Source: Candidatus Heimdallarchaeum endolithica
GTDB lineage: Archaea; Asgardarchaeota; Heimdallarchaeia; Heimdallarchaeales; Heimdallarchaeaceae
DNA: 64,000 nt
NCBI GenBank assembly: GCA_021513715.1
Contig: CP084167.1
Location: forward strand, 2,656,001-2,720,000
Direction of reading: 5' to 3'
Shown: one piece after another, positions 49,809 to 60,502 of the stretch
Layout: each line of letters opens with the position of its first letter
Numbering within the stretch: the first letter of the stretch is position 1
The notes under the pieces: model-generated
The model's database searches: none
The model's input: the letters and a program-made list of their open reading frames with translations, nothing else
What the model was told of the DNA's origin: nothing
Made by a program: the position numbers and the translations under genes

Positions 49809-51657
49809 CATGATTTACTTTTTGTGAAGTTTGTCGAACTTAGTCTTTCAAGAAAAAAACAAAGATAGATAATTGTTAGTTTCTTGAGAACTTAATCCTA
49901 ACATACAATGAAAGAAGAAGGATTAAGACAGACGTCATACACGAATCGGGGGAATCATAAAGAAGAAAAGAACTTTTTCTTTCTTTTCTTCACTCCACGA
50001 GAGACAAAAAAGAAAAAACTAAACCCTTGAATATAAGAGTGAATAATTCTTTTTGTCTACTGGGACTGCAACCAATGGCTGAGTCCTCGGCAAACAGTAT
50101 AATGCGTAAGACTAAACTTTTGACCAGTAAAGTAATCAGTAATAGTTGTAACACGGGGACGAAAAAGATGACTAAGGAATTTACGAGCAATATTTCTAGC
50201 TCCTGTTAAATCAGAGTGGTAAGTATAGTTACAAAAGGGACAGTGTATTAATCCTCTGACGGGACGAGAAACTTCTTTTCCACAACGGGAACAATGAGAA
50301 GATGTTCCTCTTTCGTCTATTATAAGAATACGATGAGGAGCAAAACCTCTTAATATCAATGCTCGACGGAGAAGAGAAAGAACTAAAGAAAAATTCCACT
50401 GGTGAAGTTTTCTACGAAAATAACGAGTACTTTTACCTTTCCCTTTTTCTTTTCCTTTTCTAACATTTTTGGGGTAACCTACGACGACGAAAAGGTCATA
50501 CATTTGAGCATAGGTCCCTATCGTCCGCACAACGTCGTTTATAAATTGGTGAATATAGGACTGTTTAACGTTTCTATATCTCCGACGAAGATATCCAAGA
50601 AAACGATAAATTTGGTGTTTTTTACCCGACTGGTCATTTAAAGCCGCTTTCCTCTGAAGACGGGAAAACTTGAGTTTATATCTGTGATTGATTCTATTCC
50701 ACTGTTTGGTATACCAGAATTTTATCTCTTTGCTTGTTAACTTCTTTTTGGGAGTTAGTAACACTCCTACAGCAGGAATGTTTATCCCTAGATCTATCCC
50801 CAGCACAGCTGGGGGAAGAGAAGAAGAATTATTAACTGAATAAGAAAAAGAAGAAGGAGGAAGAACTTCTAATTGAAAATACACCCACCACTCACTTGTA
50901 GAACGTTTATATCTTAATTCCAGGCTTTTCACTTGTCCTTTTTTCAATTCTTTTTGATGGAAAGTGCTCATCTCTAAAGGTAACCACAATCGTTGATGAT
51001 ACCTTGTTTTTCTTTTCCACGTGTCTAATGAGTCTCTTATTCCTACCCACCAACGAGAAATAGAGTTGTTTTTCTCTTTTGGTAAATTAGTAAGAATAAA
51101 CCTATTCTTATTGATTAGTTGTTTTCGGGGTCTCTTTTTTGGAGGACGAGTGGCTTCAGGTCTATATCCTTGCTCGTACAGTTGTACTGCTATATCTCTA
51201 CACTCTTGAAACTCATCATGAGAACAGTAAGGGAACATCTTTTTAAGGTCATGAGGAACAGTCTCTCTTCGCTCTTCTACTTTTTTTAGCCTTGATGTTG
51301 TCAATGTTAGTTCATCTAGTTTTCCTCTATGTACTCTTATTTCTCCTTTCTTTGTTTTCATACACAGTCTTCTTCTGTTGTGATGTATAATTTTTACATA
51401 TTTTCTATTATCCTTGTGTCTCTCCCTGTTATTCTCCTTAATCTTTCCTTTTTTCTCCTCGTCAAAACTTCATTTTTTATTTTTACTTTCAAAGTTTTGA
51501 CTATCTTCTCCATCTTTTTTCCTCTTCTTTTCCTTTTTTTCTTTTTCTTCTCTTCATTTATTTCTACTATTTTTTCTTATAAAAAGTCTCTTTTTTTTCT
51601 TTTTCATCCATACTCTCTATCCTAATGTTCGCAAAATTACGCAAAAAGTAAATCATG
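49809..51657 (-). mobile_element. tnpB-only insertion element with terminal inverted repeats, CATG at both junctions
   Basis: Ends CATGATTTACTTTTTG and CAAAAAGTAAATCATG are a perfect 16-bp inverted repeat, extending imperfectly to about 35 bp; splits host codons H|G. Confidence 0.92.
50057..51513 (-). CDS. tnpB: TnpB with rearranged RuvC-II glutamate; N-terminus separated by a -1 frameshift at 51401-51404
   Basis: GIDLG, VVVGYP, IDERGTSSHCSRCG..CPFC..HSDLTGARNI. Upstream ATG 51513 gives MEKIVKTLKVKIKNE.., which joins the 434 aa ORF if one A is added (~485 aa). Confidence 0.85.
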
Positions 51658-52585
51658 GAAGAAAATCTGACCAAAGTTGGGACTTTGTTGAAAAAGCGAG
51701 TACCTATGATCCAATTCTGATGATTACAGAAGGTACAAGAATTCAGGAACAGACAAATGTAACAGAACAAAAACTAGAAGAAAGTTTGAAGGATACAATT
51801 AAAAACATCAGTGAGTTAGCAGTTGCTTCTTTTCCCGTAAGAGATTTTGATAGAATGCAGTCTTTCATTAATGCTGGAAAGGAAAATGAGAGAGAACTCG
51901 TAATAAGTACACGACAAGCTTTTACTTTGGATATTTTGAATAGAGAAAAAATAGAAAATGCTCCTAAACTAAATGAAGTTAAAGTTTTTCTTCCAAATAA
52001 AGGCTGGGGAATATATGATAATTCTAATTATCCTATTGAAATTCAGATGCAGGATTATACTACTTGGGAAAGAAAAATAATGGATAAGTCATCTACAATT
52101 ACAGCTGCTGAAATAAGAGAAAAACAAAGAAATTATGTGTTAAGGGTAGAACCTACAGAATTAAAATATTTACTTGATATTAAACCAAAAACAGGTTCAA
52201 GATACATTCGTTCTTTAACAGAGCCTGTGGATGAAGAGATGGTGATACAACAACAGAAAATGGATAATTGGTTAAAGTTCTTCGATCTTTATCCATATGA
52301 ACAACTGCATTGCTCTGGGCATACCTCAGGAAAAGAACTAGTTCAAATGATAAAGACTATTAGTCCTAAAAAAATCATTCCAATACATACAGAGAAAGCG
52401 AGAGATTTTATTAAAACATTTGAAAATGTAATTATTGTAGACGAAGGTGTCAAAATAACGATAAAATAGACTTTATAGTTCTATTTGGGTTAAATTGCTT
52501 TTCTTTACTTTATTAAAATACTATTAAAAGGTCTCCTATTATATTACTACAAAAAAGTAATAAATGAGAAATAATTTGTTCTTAT

Positions 52586-54112
52586 ATGACAAATCAATAT
52601 GATATAATAATAGTCGGTTCCGGATTAGGAGGTTTAGTGGCAGGAGCTAAGCTAGCCAAAGAAGGAAAAAAAGTATTACTAATTGAGCAACACTCAGTTG
52701 TAGGAGGATGTTCGTCAACTTTTACTCGTAAAGGCTTTACAGTTGATGTTGGTTTGCATCAAATTGATGGAATAGATGAATATGATGAAAAGATGCACTA
52801 TTTTGAAGAACTTGGTGTTTATGAAAGTATTGAGTTTGTTAAACATGGAGACGAATTCTATCGATTTGTAAATGATAGAATCGATGTAATTATCCCTGAT
52901 AACGTTGAGAAAGCAATCAAAGTATTAACTGAACAATTTCCAGAAGATGAAAAAGCAATTAATGATTATTTCAATACTTTGCTTTCAGTGTATAAAGAGA
53001 TACATTCCCTTCCTAAAAACAAGTTTAAACTTTTCCTAATAATGCCATTGTTTCCCATGCTCTATCCTTCAATTGTCAAGTGGTCCAAGAAAACTGTAGG
53101 TGAATTTATTGATAGTTTAGAAATAAAAAATGACGATCTTAAACTAGCATTACTTGGAAATATTCAATATTACGCTGATGACCCATATAAATTATCTATG
53201 CTCTACTACTCTGCTGCACAGGGCTCATATTTTGTAAAAGGAGCATATTATCTAAAAGGAGGTTCACAGAAACTATCTAATCATTTTGCTAAAGTAATTA
53301 CTGACAATAACGGTGAAATAATTCTCTCCCATATGGTTGATAAGATAATTATTAAAGGGAAAAGAGCTGTAGGTGTAGAGTATTTCCCAAAAAGAAAACC
53401 TGATGAACGAAATCAAGCATTTGCAAAACATATTGTCGCAAATGCAGCTGTTCCTAACGTAATGGAAATGTTACCTAAAAAACAAAAAAAGATTTTGGAA
53501 AAAATTTTCAAAGACATGGAAATTGCACACTCACACTATTCTCTTTATCTTGGATTTAGTAAACCATTGAAGGAGATAGGAAATAAATGCTTTGCAACAA
53601 TGATATGGCCACCTGATATTAAAACACCTGCAGATATAGGAAAAAGTTTGGAGTGGCCTTTCACCAAAAGAAGAATGAGTATAACAGACTATAGTCAATT
53701 AGATAGTGGAATGGCAATTCCAGGAAAAAGTGTAGCAATTATCTCTGGAACAGATATATTAGACGATTGGGAAAAACTTTCTAAAGATGAGTATAAAAAA
53801 AGGAAAGAGCAGGTCACAGAAGAGCTAATAGAAAGATTGGAGAAACTCATTCCTGGAGTGAAAGAACACATAGAATGGAAAAATTTTGCTACACCAAGTA
53901 CTATTAAATGTTTCACCTTGAATCCTAACGGAACAGCATATGGGTATGCCCAACTTCCTTCACAATCGACAAGTAAAAGACCAGGAAATAAAAGCCCAAT
54001 AAAAGGCTTATGGTTTGCAAGTGCGTGGGTTTTTCCAGGAGGAGGATTTACACCTTCAATGACCTCTGGATACAATTGTGCTCTTAAAATATTAAAAGAA
54101 ATGAGCAAATAG
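52586..54112 (+). CDS. Phytoene desaturase-like FAD oxidoreductase (COG1233/retinol saturase-like)
   Basis: IIVGSGLGGL, EQH..VGG, YLKGGSQ, ATP.T, GTAYG, PGGG. Confidence 0.85.
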   Translation: MTNQYDIIIVGSGLGGLVAGAKLAKEGKKVLLIEQHSVVGGCSSTFTRKGFTVDVGLHQIDGIDEYDEKMHYFEELGVYESIEFVKHGDEFYRFVNDRIDVIIPDNVEKAIKVLTEQFPEDEKAINDYFNTLLSVYKEIHSLPKNKFKLFLIMPLFPMLYPSIVKWSKKTVGEFIDSLEIKNDDLKLALLGNIQYYADDPYKLSMLYYSAAQGSYFVKGAYYLKGGSQKLSNHFAKVITDNNGEIILSHMVDKIIIKGKRAVGVEYFPKRKPDERNQAFAKHIVANAAVPNVMEMLPKKQKKILEKIFKDMEIAHSHYSLYLGFSKPLKEIGNKCFATMIWPPDIKTPADIGKSLEWPFTKRRMSITDYSQLDSGMAIPGKSVAIISGTDILDDWEKLSKDEYKKRKEQVTEELIERLEKLIPGVKEHIEWKNFATPSTIKCFTLNPNGTAYGYAQLPSQSTSKRPGNKSPIKGLWFASAWVFPGGGFTPSMTSGYNCALKILKEMSK

Positions 54113-54168
54113 ACTAACTTTTTCTTTTATTACTATTTTTTACTTTTTTTAGCTTAAAAAATAGAAAG

Positions 54169-55182
54169 TTAATAGTCTTCGAATTTTAGTTTATACACAG
54201 TTAGAAAATTATTCTCGCTTAAAAAACTAATAATTTCGATGAAATCAACAAAATTATCTACAGAATTTTGTTCCATGAATATGTCTTTTATCGTCTTTGT
54301 AATATTGTTAACACATAATTCTAATATTGTTCTCTGATGTTTTACATCTTGAATGTCATCTGAATTCATCTTTTGATAATTTGTTTCAATATATTTAATG
54401 AAGTCTTGAATCTGTTGTTCATTACTTATTGGTAGTGAAATAGTCATGTGAAGTATAAGAGCCAACTTTAATAAAGCCAGTTCATCTGCTTTTGAAGTGA
54501 TGTTGAGATCTAAATATTCAGCAATATATGGCATTATTTCTTCATCTAGTGTCACAACGGATTCTAGTTCATTCGCAAGTTCCTGAATCCATCTACGTAC
54601 ATCATCATAGGGGAAAGAACGAATTTTTTCTTTTTTCTTTTTCTTCCTCCACTGATTGTAAACTTCTTGTGCAGTTTCTTTTTTAAGATAAAGGTCAATT
54701 TCAAGAAAACCTAATCTGGATATAACATGAATATGTTTTTCTCCATCTTGCTTTGCTATCTTAAAAATAGTGTTTCTTAATCTATCTTTGATTGTTAGAC
54801 CTTCTATTTTCTTAAAAGTGGACAAAAATGTTTTTACTACTTTTTCCACAAAAGTTTTTGATTGTGGTAGTGGAATGTTAAAGACTAAAAAAGGATTCTC
54901 ATTATTATTTTTCTCTGTGAGATCTCTATCAGGTTCGTAACCAGCATGGGTAGCTTTAACGCGTGCTTGAGAACGAACAACAAGATTGTTATCAATAAAA
55001 CAAATTATAGATGAAAATTCATCATTAATGCAACGATGAATGTCGATATACTGAGAAAGTGCTCCTTCTTTTTCACTTTTAATTAAGAGTTTAGGAATTA
55101 TTAATTTTCTCCTTTTTTTACAGTAATTACACTGATAGTGAATTAAAGTAATTGTCTCTGAAGCTTGTTTCAATATTATCAA
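54169..55182 (-). CDS. Hypothetical protein with N-terminal CxxC..HxC motif
   Basis: 337 aa; CNYC...IHRC at the N-terminus. Confidence 0.6.
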   Translation of the reverse strand: MIILKQASETITLIHYQCNYCKKRRKLIIPKLLIKSEKEGALSQYIDIHRCINDEFSSIICFIDNNLVVRSQARVKATHAGYEPDRDLTEKNNNENPFLVFNIPLPQSKTFVEKVVKTFLSTFKKIEGLTIKDRLRNTIFKIAKQDGEKHIHVISRLGFLEIDLYLKKETAQEVYNQWRKKKKKEKIRSFPYDDVRRWIQELANELESVVTLDEEIMPYIAEYLDLNITSKADELALLKLALILHMTISLPISNEQQIQDFIKYIETNYQKMNSDDIQDVKHQRTILELCVNNITKTIKDIFMEQNSVDNFVDFIEIISFLSENNFLTVYKLKFEDY

Positions 55183-55746
55183 GCAATTTTACACTACATT
55201 TCTTTAAAATTTTTTGGGTATCGTAAAATTTGTTGTAAGAATAATTGTATTGAAGAGTTAGTATAGTCTTTTTATAATAACCTGTTTTGCTGCTTAGGTT
55301 ATCAAGAGATTAAAGATCTATTTTCTCCTTTGAAAGACAGTGTATGAAAAAAGTACGTAAAAAAGTAAATAATAATGAATTAACGCCTTCAAAACCAAAG
55401 CATCTAGTTTTCTCTGTTTTATCTTTATTGATTTTATTCAGTAAGTTGACAGAAACTTTTCACTGAAATTTTGAATAGCAATAATAGCTTAAATAGATTA
55501 ATAGGGGAAAAATAGGTTATTCAACTAGTGACAATAGTTTCTTTTTTAAAATATTTTAAATTTTTTAAGTTATTTAATTTTGATATTTATTCCAAAATTT
55601 TAAAACCTTCAGTACGTTTTCAAATGACTTTTTTACATTTTATACTTAGTTTTTCCTATTATTTTAATTATTTTTCTATTCTAAATTAAAATCTTATTTT
55701 CTATAAAAAATTATTTTCTATATTTAATTTCTTTAAGAGTTTGAAA

Positions 55747-56280
55747 ATGCATCTAAATACACAACAAAGTAGACTATCAATAATAAAAAACAAAATATCT
55801 GACTCTTCTAAAGCTTTAGGGATAATATACATTATTATTGGTTTATCTGGATTTATTTCTTATTTATTTTTATATGCAGGTCAGCACTTTTTGTTAAATT
55901 TTTAAATCTTGATTATCTATTTGTTTCTCTTTTTTTAGTTTCTATATTTCCTATGAGTTGAAATTTTACTTAATTTCTTCAGGACTCTCCCCAACCAATC
56001 AACAAACTTAGCGAAAGTTGTGAAGACTGGCTTAAGAGAACATGAAAGACACAGTCTTAATTAAGTTCTCTAAGGGGTTCATCTCCTGATCCCGGGCACT
56101 CATAACTCCCAAAGGGAAAACCAGGTGTCGTAGGAATGAAACCTACGTCTTTAAGCATTTAGCTCAAGACACTAGATAAATGAGAATTAAATATATAAAG
56201 ATAGCTGAAAAGTTGTGACACTCCCCAATATTTTGTATTTTTTATTTAAGCAAATGTGTTTCAGGTTGTTATTGGTCTAA
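55747..56280 (+). pseudogene. Degraded third paralogue of the 56646/57524 membrane-protein family
   Basis: 55747-55905 gives MHLNTQQSRLSIIKNKISDSSKALGIIYIIIG.., matching the N-terminus of 56646. Removing the 55987-56228 insert recreates LPNILYF (cf. LPNIFF in 57524). The 3' limit is approximate. Confidence 0.6.
55987..56228 (-). mobile_element. ~240-bp non-coding mini element carrying a structured RNA
   Basis: Bounded by the 8-bp direct repeat CTCCCCAA; AAAGTTGTGA repeated near both ends; minus-strand TATA-like TTTATATA followed by several hairpins; GC-richer than flanks. Confidence 0.6.
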
Positions 56281-56645
56281 TAACTCCACAAACTAAAAAT
56301 TTAGTTTTTACGTAAAAAAGTATCTTATGAATTAAGTAGTGATACAAAGAAGATAGGTAATACTTTTGGAATGTCTACTATGCAAAACAACTTTGTGCAA
56401 CCAACTAATTTGCAAACTGGAATCTTGATCTTTCGATTAAAGAAAAAGTTGTCTATGCGGCTAATGAGACAAAGATTGCTTTTTAGAAAAATCCATAGGC
56501 TGCAAATCCTAAATCAATGGTTTTAGAAGTAAGAGATAAAAAAATTGACCAGATAGATAAAAAAGTATATCATTTAAATATGTTCAATTTTGATTAGAGA
56601 AGGTTTTTATTTTATTAGAACATTAGATATTTTTAGTGCATTATT

Positions 56646-57398
56646 ATGTATTCTAGTGACTCTCAAAGCAAGTTGGAAATTTCTAAACAAAAAATTTCCA
56701 AATCATCTTTAGTTTTAGGGATTTCATATATTTTCATCGGAATTATTGTTCTTACTGCCACTATACTCTTTTATCTTGGTTTTTTCGCAATTTACAATCT
56801 TTATATTTGGGATATTTACTTTGTTTCCCTTGTACTAGTTTTGTTTATTTACGCGATTATTGTAATATTCAAATCTATTTACTTTTTTAAGCTATCTCGA
56901 GGTTATGATGATTTTTCTTCAGAACTTTCTTCTCTTAGAAATTTACATATTGGTGCTGCTAAAGATGCCAGTAAATATATTAAAATAGGAACTATTTGTG
57001 AATTAATTCTTACTTTTCTCTTTCCTTTGATTGTTTTTGTAATATTGTTTTTACCTTTATTCTTTAACATATTTCTAATACCCTTTGTTTTCTTTACTTT
57101 AGGATTTATTGAGATTAGAAGTGTGTTTAGTCAATTAAGTAAACATGAGTTCTATAGTGGCAAATTTGCAAATTTTCTTTTATATTCGAGAATTAGTGTG
57201 TTTATAGCTTTTTCTTTCTATATCTATAGCGCAATTGGGTTTTTAGATGAAATGATTTCAGAGGCTTTTACTGGTACTTTCAATGATTCTTTTCTGATCT
57301 GGATATTAGTTGCTGGAATCATACTCTTTATTTCTCAAGTTCTTCTAGCAAAGGGATTCTACGATTTGAGTAAAGATACTCGTCGCATTACAATATAA
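56646..57398 (+). CDS. Multi-TM membrane protein
   Basis: 250 aa, about 6 TM; paralogue of 57524 (shared LLYS and DSFLIW.L.AGI). Confidence 0.7.
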   Translation: MYSSDSQSKLEISKQKISKSSLVLGISYIFIGIIVLTATILFYLGFFAIYNLYIWDIYFVSLVLVLFIYAIIVIFKSIYFFKLSRGYDDFSSELSSLRNLHIGAAKDASKYIKIGTICELILTFLFPLIVFVILFLPLFFNIFLIPFVFFTLGFIEIRSVFSQLSKHEFYSGKFANFLLYSRISVFIAFSFYIYSAIGFLDEMISEAFTGTFNDSFLIWILVAGIILFISQVLLAKGFYDLSKDTRRITI

Positions 57399-57523
57399 AA
57401 TAGCTAAAAATTCTTGGAACTATCTCCCTATAGATTATTTTTTTTAATTTAGCAATTCTTACAGACCGTGTGTTTAATTTAAAAAACTTTTAATTCTAGT
57501 ATGTCTCTTCAGTTATAATTAAA

Positions 57524-58489
57524 ATGCAAAACAATTTTGGATTTGTTAAACTAGAATTTATTACGCAAGAGATCTCCAAAACATCAAAGGTTTTAAGTAG
57601 TATTCAATTATTTATAGGATTACCCATCATTACTTTTTATATGAAGTTATATCTTGATTTTTCATCCTTTATAGGAGACTCTATTGATATATCACTAAAA
57701 ATCATACCTTTTTTCTTTCTAATTATTCTTCCTTTAGCCCTTTATGTAGTTAGAATCTTATACATTTTTAAGCTTGCAAATAGTTTTACAGAACTTTCAA
57801 AATTATTTTATTACGACCCTGCTTTTCAAAGAAATAGAATTAAATCTGTTAGTAAATTTATAAGATTAGGAATGATTAGTGAAATTATAACTATAGTAAT
57901 TTCACCTATTCTGTTTGTAATTATATTTTTCGTATCTGTTTTTCTCTCATCAATTATATTCTTTTTACCAAATATTTTCTTCCTGATTGGATTTTTAGGA
58001 ATATCTAAAACTTTTGACCAATTAAAAGAAATAAATCTATACAAGGGTAAGTTTAGAAATTGGCTGTTATATTCCCAAATTAGTTTTATTATCACCTCAA
58101 TGTTAAGCATGTATGGTGGGGGTAAAATGTGGTCATCTATATTGATTTGGGGATTATCAGGAGAAGAAGTTCTAGATGACTCTTTTCTAATTTGGTTTTT
58201 AATAGCTGGAATTTTAGTTTCTTTAGGTTATCTTCTAAATACTATAGGTTTTTTTAAGTTAGGTATAGAAATGAGAAAAATTCACATATCTAACGAAAAT
58301 TCAGATTTTGTAAAGAGTAGAATAAATACAATTAATCCACAAAAAGTTGAAAATCAACTATCAGAGCCTTTAATTGTTAAAAACAACATTCAAGCAAAAA
58401 CATCCAAGTCTAAATATTGCCCAAATTGTGGCGCAATAAACGATTATGATGCAGTATTTTGTACTAATTGTGGTGCAAGTTTTGAATAA
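57524..58489 (+). CDS. Multi-TM membrane protein with C-terminal zinc ribbon
   Basis: About 6 TM plus YCPNCGA..FCTNCG. Confidence 0.75.
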   Translation: MQNNFGFVKLEFITQEISKTSKVLSSIQLFIGLPIITFYMKLYLDFSSFIGDSIDISLKIIPFFFLIILPLALYVVRILYIFKLANSFTELSKLFYYDPAFQRNRIKSVSKFIRLGMISEIITIVISPILFVIIFFVSVFLSSIIFFLPNIFFLIGFLGISKTFDQLKEINLYKGKFRNWLLYSQISFIITSMLSMYGGGKMWSSILIWGLSGEEVLDDSFLIWFLIAGILVSLGYLLNTIGFFKLGIEMRKIHISNENSDFVKSRINTINPQKVENQLSEPLIVKNNIQAKTSKSKYCPNCGAINDYDAVFCTNCGASFE

Positions 58490-58725
58490 TTGTAACGAAA
58501 TTGTAAATATCTAAAAAATTGTGTTGTTAAAGAAAAAAAAGTAAAGGAAATTATGTTATCTTTAGGGAATAGAAATTAATAACAGCTTTAATGATATTTC
58601 TCTTATTTCTTAGGATGTACAAGTTTCATTTATATGTTTGTTACTAAAAGCTCTAATTTTGACAGCCTAAGCATTATTAAATGGAAAAATGTTTATTTAA
58701 TAGAATTATTTATTTTAAATCTAGG

Positions 58726-59508
58726 TTATTGTGTTATTTTTCCTACAGGTGATAAATAAACAACAAACTCATCTTCACCGTCTAGTTCTAGTAACTCATC
58801 AGCTACTTGCTGATTATAAGCAGCAATAGCGCATGTTCCAATGTCTATTGATTCACAAGCGAGATATAGGTTTTGACATATATGTCCTGCTTCGATAGCT
58901 ATTACTTTGCTTGAAGTTATGCTGTATCTCCATTCCATTCTATAGGGTGTAGTTGCCCAGAGAAAAATAACTGCTCCTTTCAAGATAAATTTTTGACCTA
59001 CGAGTTTATCTAACTTGTTTTTATTTATCTCGCTTTTATCTTTGAAAAACAATAGTTTATGCTCTATTGGGAGATATCTGTAGATTCCTGGAACTAAGCC
59101 TTCTACCCTGTTGATAATTAAGTAAGTCTCGTAAGGATGTCTCATACCTCCTGATGGAACTACTCTTCTTGTTCCTGCTCCGTGATGTTTAGTTAATTCT
59201 AAAACTCCTTGAGTAGCCCAAAGTAAATAGGACAATTCGTCAAGTGATAAAGGGTCTTCAGTAAAAGATCTGTGGCTTTTTCTTTTTTTCAAAAGATCAA
59301 TTAAGTTGTAATTTTTATTTAAAGTAATATCATCTATTGAGACTAAATCAATTATTTTTCCATCTTTTGAATAAGGTTTTTCTAAAGGTGGATTAGGAAC
59401 GCCTTTTTGCTGGTCAGTTTGAAAGCCTTCGGGAAACTTTTCCATATCTTCGTCAAAAACCTTTAAGATTCTCCTGTGCTTTAAAATTGTTTTTCTATCG
59501 AATGACAT
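58726..59508 (-). CDS. SagB/ThcOx-family nitroreductase
   Basis: RKSHRSF, LLWATQG, PSGG..P.E.Y, EAGHICQNLYL. Confidence 0.9.
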   Translation of the reverse strand: MSFDRKTILKHRRILKVFDEDMEKFPEGFQTDQQKGVPNPPLEKPYSKDGKIIDLVSIDDITLNKNYNLIDLLKKRKSHRSFTEDPLSLDELSYLLWATQGVLELTKHHGAGTRRVVPSGGMRHPYETYLIINRVEGLVPGIYRYLPIEHKLLFFKDKSEINKNKLDKLVGQKFILKGAVIFLWATTPYRMEWRYSITSSKVIAIEAGHICQNLYLACESIDIGTCAIAAYNQQVADELLELDGEDEFVVYLSPVGKITQ

Positions 59509-59603
59509 AATTCTAAAAAAGAATGCACCTTTAAATAATTATTCAAAACTGAAAAAAAACTGGTTTTAAGTTAATCTTTTTTCTAAATTTTAAATGTGTA
59601 TTT

Positions 59604-60359
59604 TTAGCTTAGTAACGCTTTTATTAATGTAATCAGAGCGAAAATAACCACAATAGTCGATAGTATTATTTCAAGCATACGAGATTTTGTGTTAATTGAT
59701 GCTAATTTACCTATTCTTACGCCAATAAAAGAACCTAGAAACACAACTAAACCCTCTATCCATAGTATTTCACCGTTTTTCCAGAATATTATTGCTCCAA
59801 CTGTGGAAGTAAAAATTGTTGCAAATAAAGAAGTTCCTATTGCATCTCTAATATCAAATTTTAACGAACGAAGAAAGGGAGGAAATAATGAACCCCCTGA
59901 TCCTCCTCTTAAACCAGTAATAAAGTTTACAATCGCTCCTCCACCAATCAATGATGGAGGATTAGGGTTGAATCTTTCTGCAAGATTAGGCGCAAATTTG
60001 TACATATTTAACCCTATAACTGTAAGTATTGAAACAATGACAAAGAGTACAGCGAGAAGTAGTGTGTTCACTGAATAATGCAAGGCTAGTAAAGTTCCTG
60101 CAACAGTTCCACCTATGCCGCCAATAATTAAGAATATGCCTTGTTTAACTTTTACATTTTTTCGATGTAAAATAACTCCAAAAACAGATGTTAGAGGAAT
60201 TGTAATCAAATTTATTCCATAAGCATTAATTAGTGGGATCCCAATAAGATAAAGTAGGGGTATTCTTACTGACCCTCCCCCTATTCCTAACATTCCACTG
60301 AGCAATCCTGAAAATAATCCTATCAAACCTGCAAGTAATAGTAGTAGCCAATAATCCAT
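59604..60359 (-). CDS. TauE/SafE (TSUP) family membrane transporter
   Basis: GMLGIGGG..P and G.RGGSGG..PP repeats, AIGTSL. Confidence 0.88.
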   Translation of the reverse strand: MDYWLLLLLAGLIGLFSGLLSGMLGIGGGSVRIPLLYLIGIPLINAYGINLITIPLTSVFGVILHRKNVKVKQGIFLIIGGIGGTVAGTLLALHYSVNTLLLAVLFVIVSILTVIGLNMYKFAPNLAERFNPNPPSLIGGGAIVNFITGLRGGSGGSLFPPFLRSLKFDIRDAIGTSLFATIFTSTVGAIIFWKNGEILWIEGLVVFLGSFIGVRIGKLASINTKSRMLEIILSTIVVIFALITLIKALLS

Positions 60360-60502
60360 TCACAAGCCTTCTTTAATAAACAATAATCTGACGATAGAAA
60401 AAAAACTGGCTCACAATAAAAGACTTTCTAAAGAGCTCCTAATAAATCAGAAAAAAGAAAAAATCTTTAGATTTTCTTTTCAGTTTAACAAATATTTATG
60501 TA

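Larger units (their letters stand above)
49173..52469 (+). pseudogene. RNase J/beta-CASP-like MBL hydrolase, interrupted by a tnpB element and an in-frame TGA
   Basis: EIGGN, LDFG, SHSHIDH, DHS, YTGDIRFH|GRK..ITEGT, HCSGH, PIHTE. Removing the insert restores a 484-codon frame; TGA at 49383 probably arose from CGA. Confidence 0.88.

Noticed and set aside
56040-56160. Hammerhead ribozyme, SRP RNA or tRNA in the structured segment
   Set aside because: Core consensus motifs (CUGAnGA..GAAA, SRP helix 8, T-loop) were not found on either strand.
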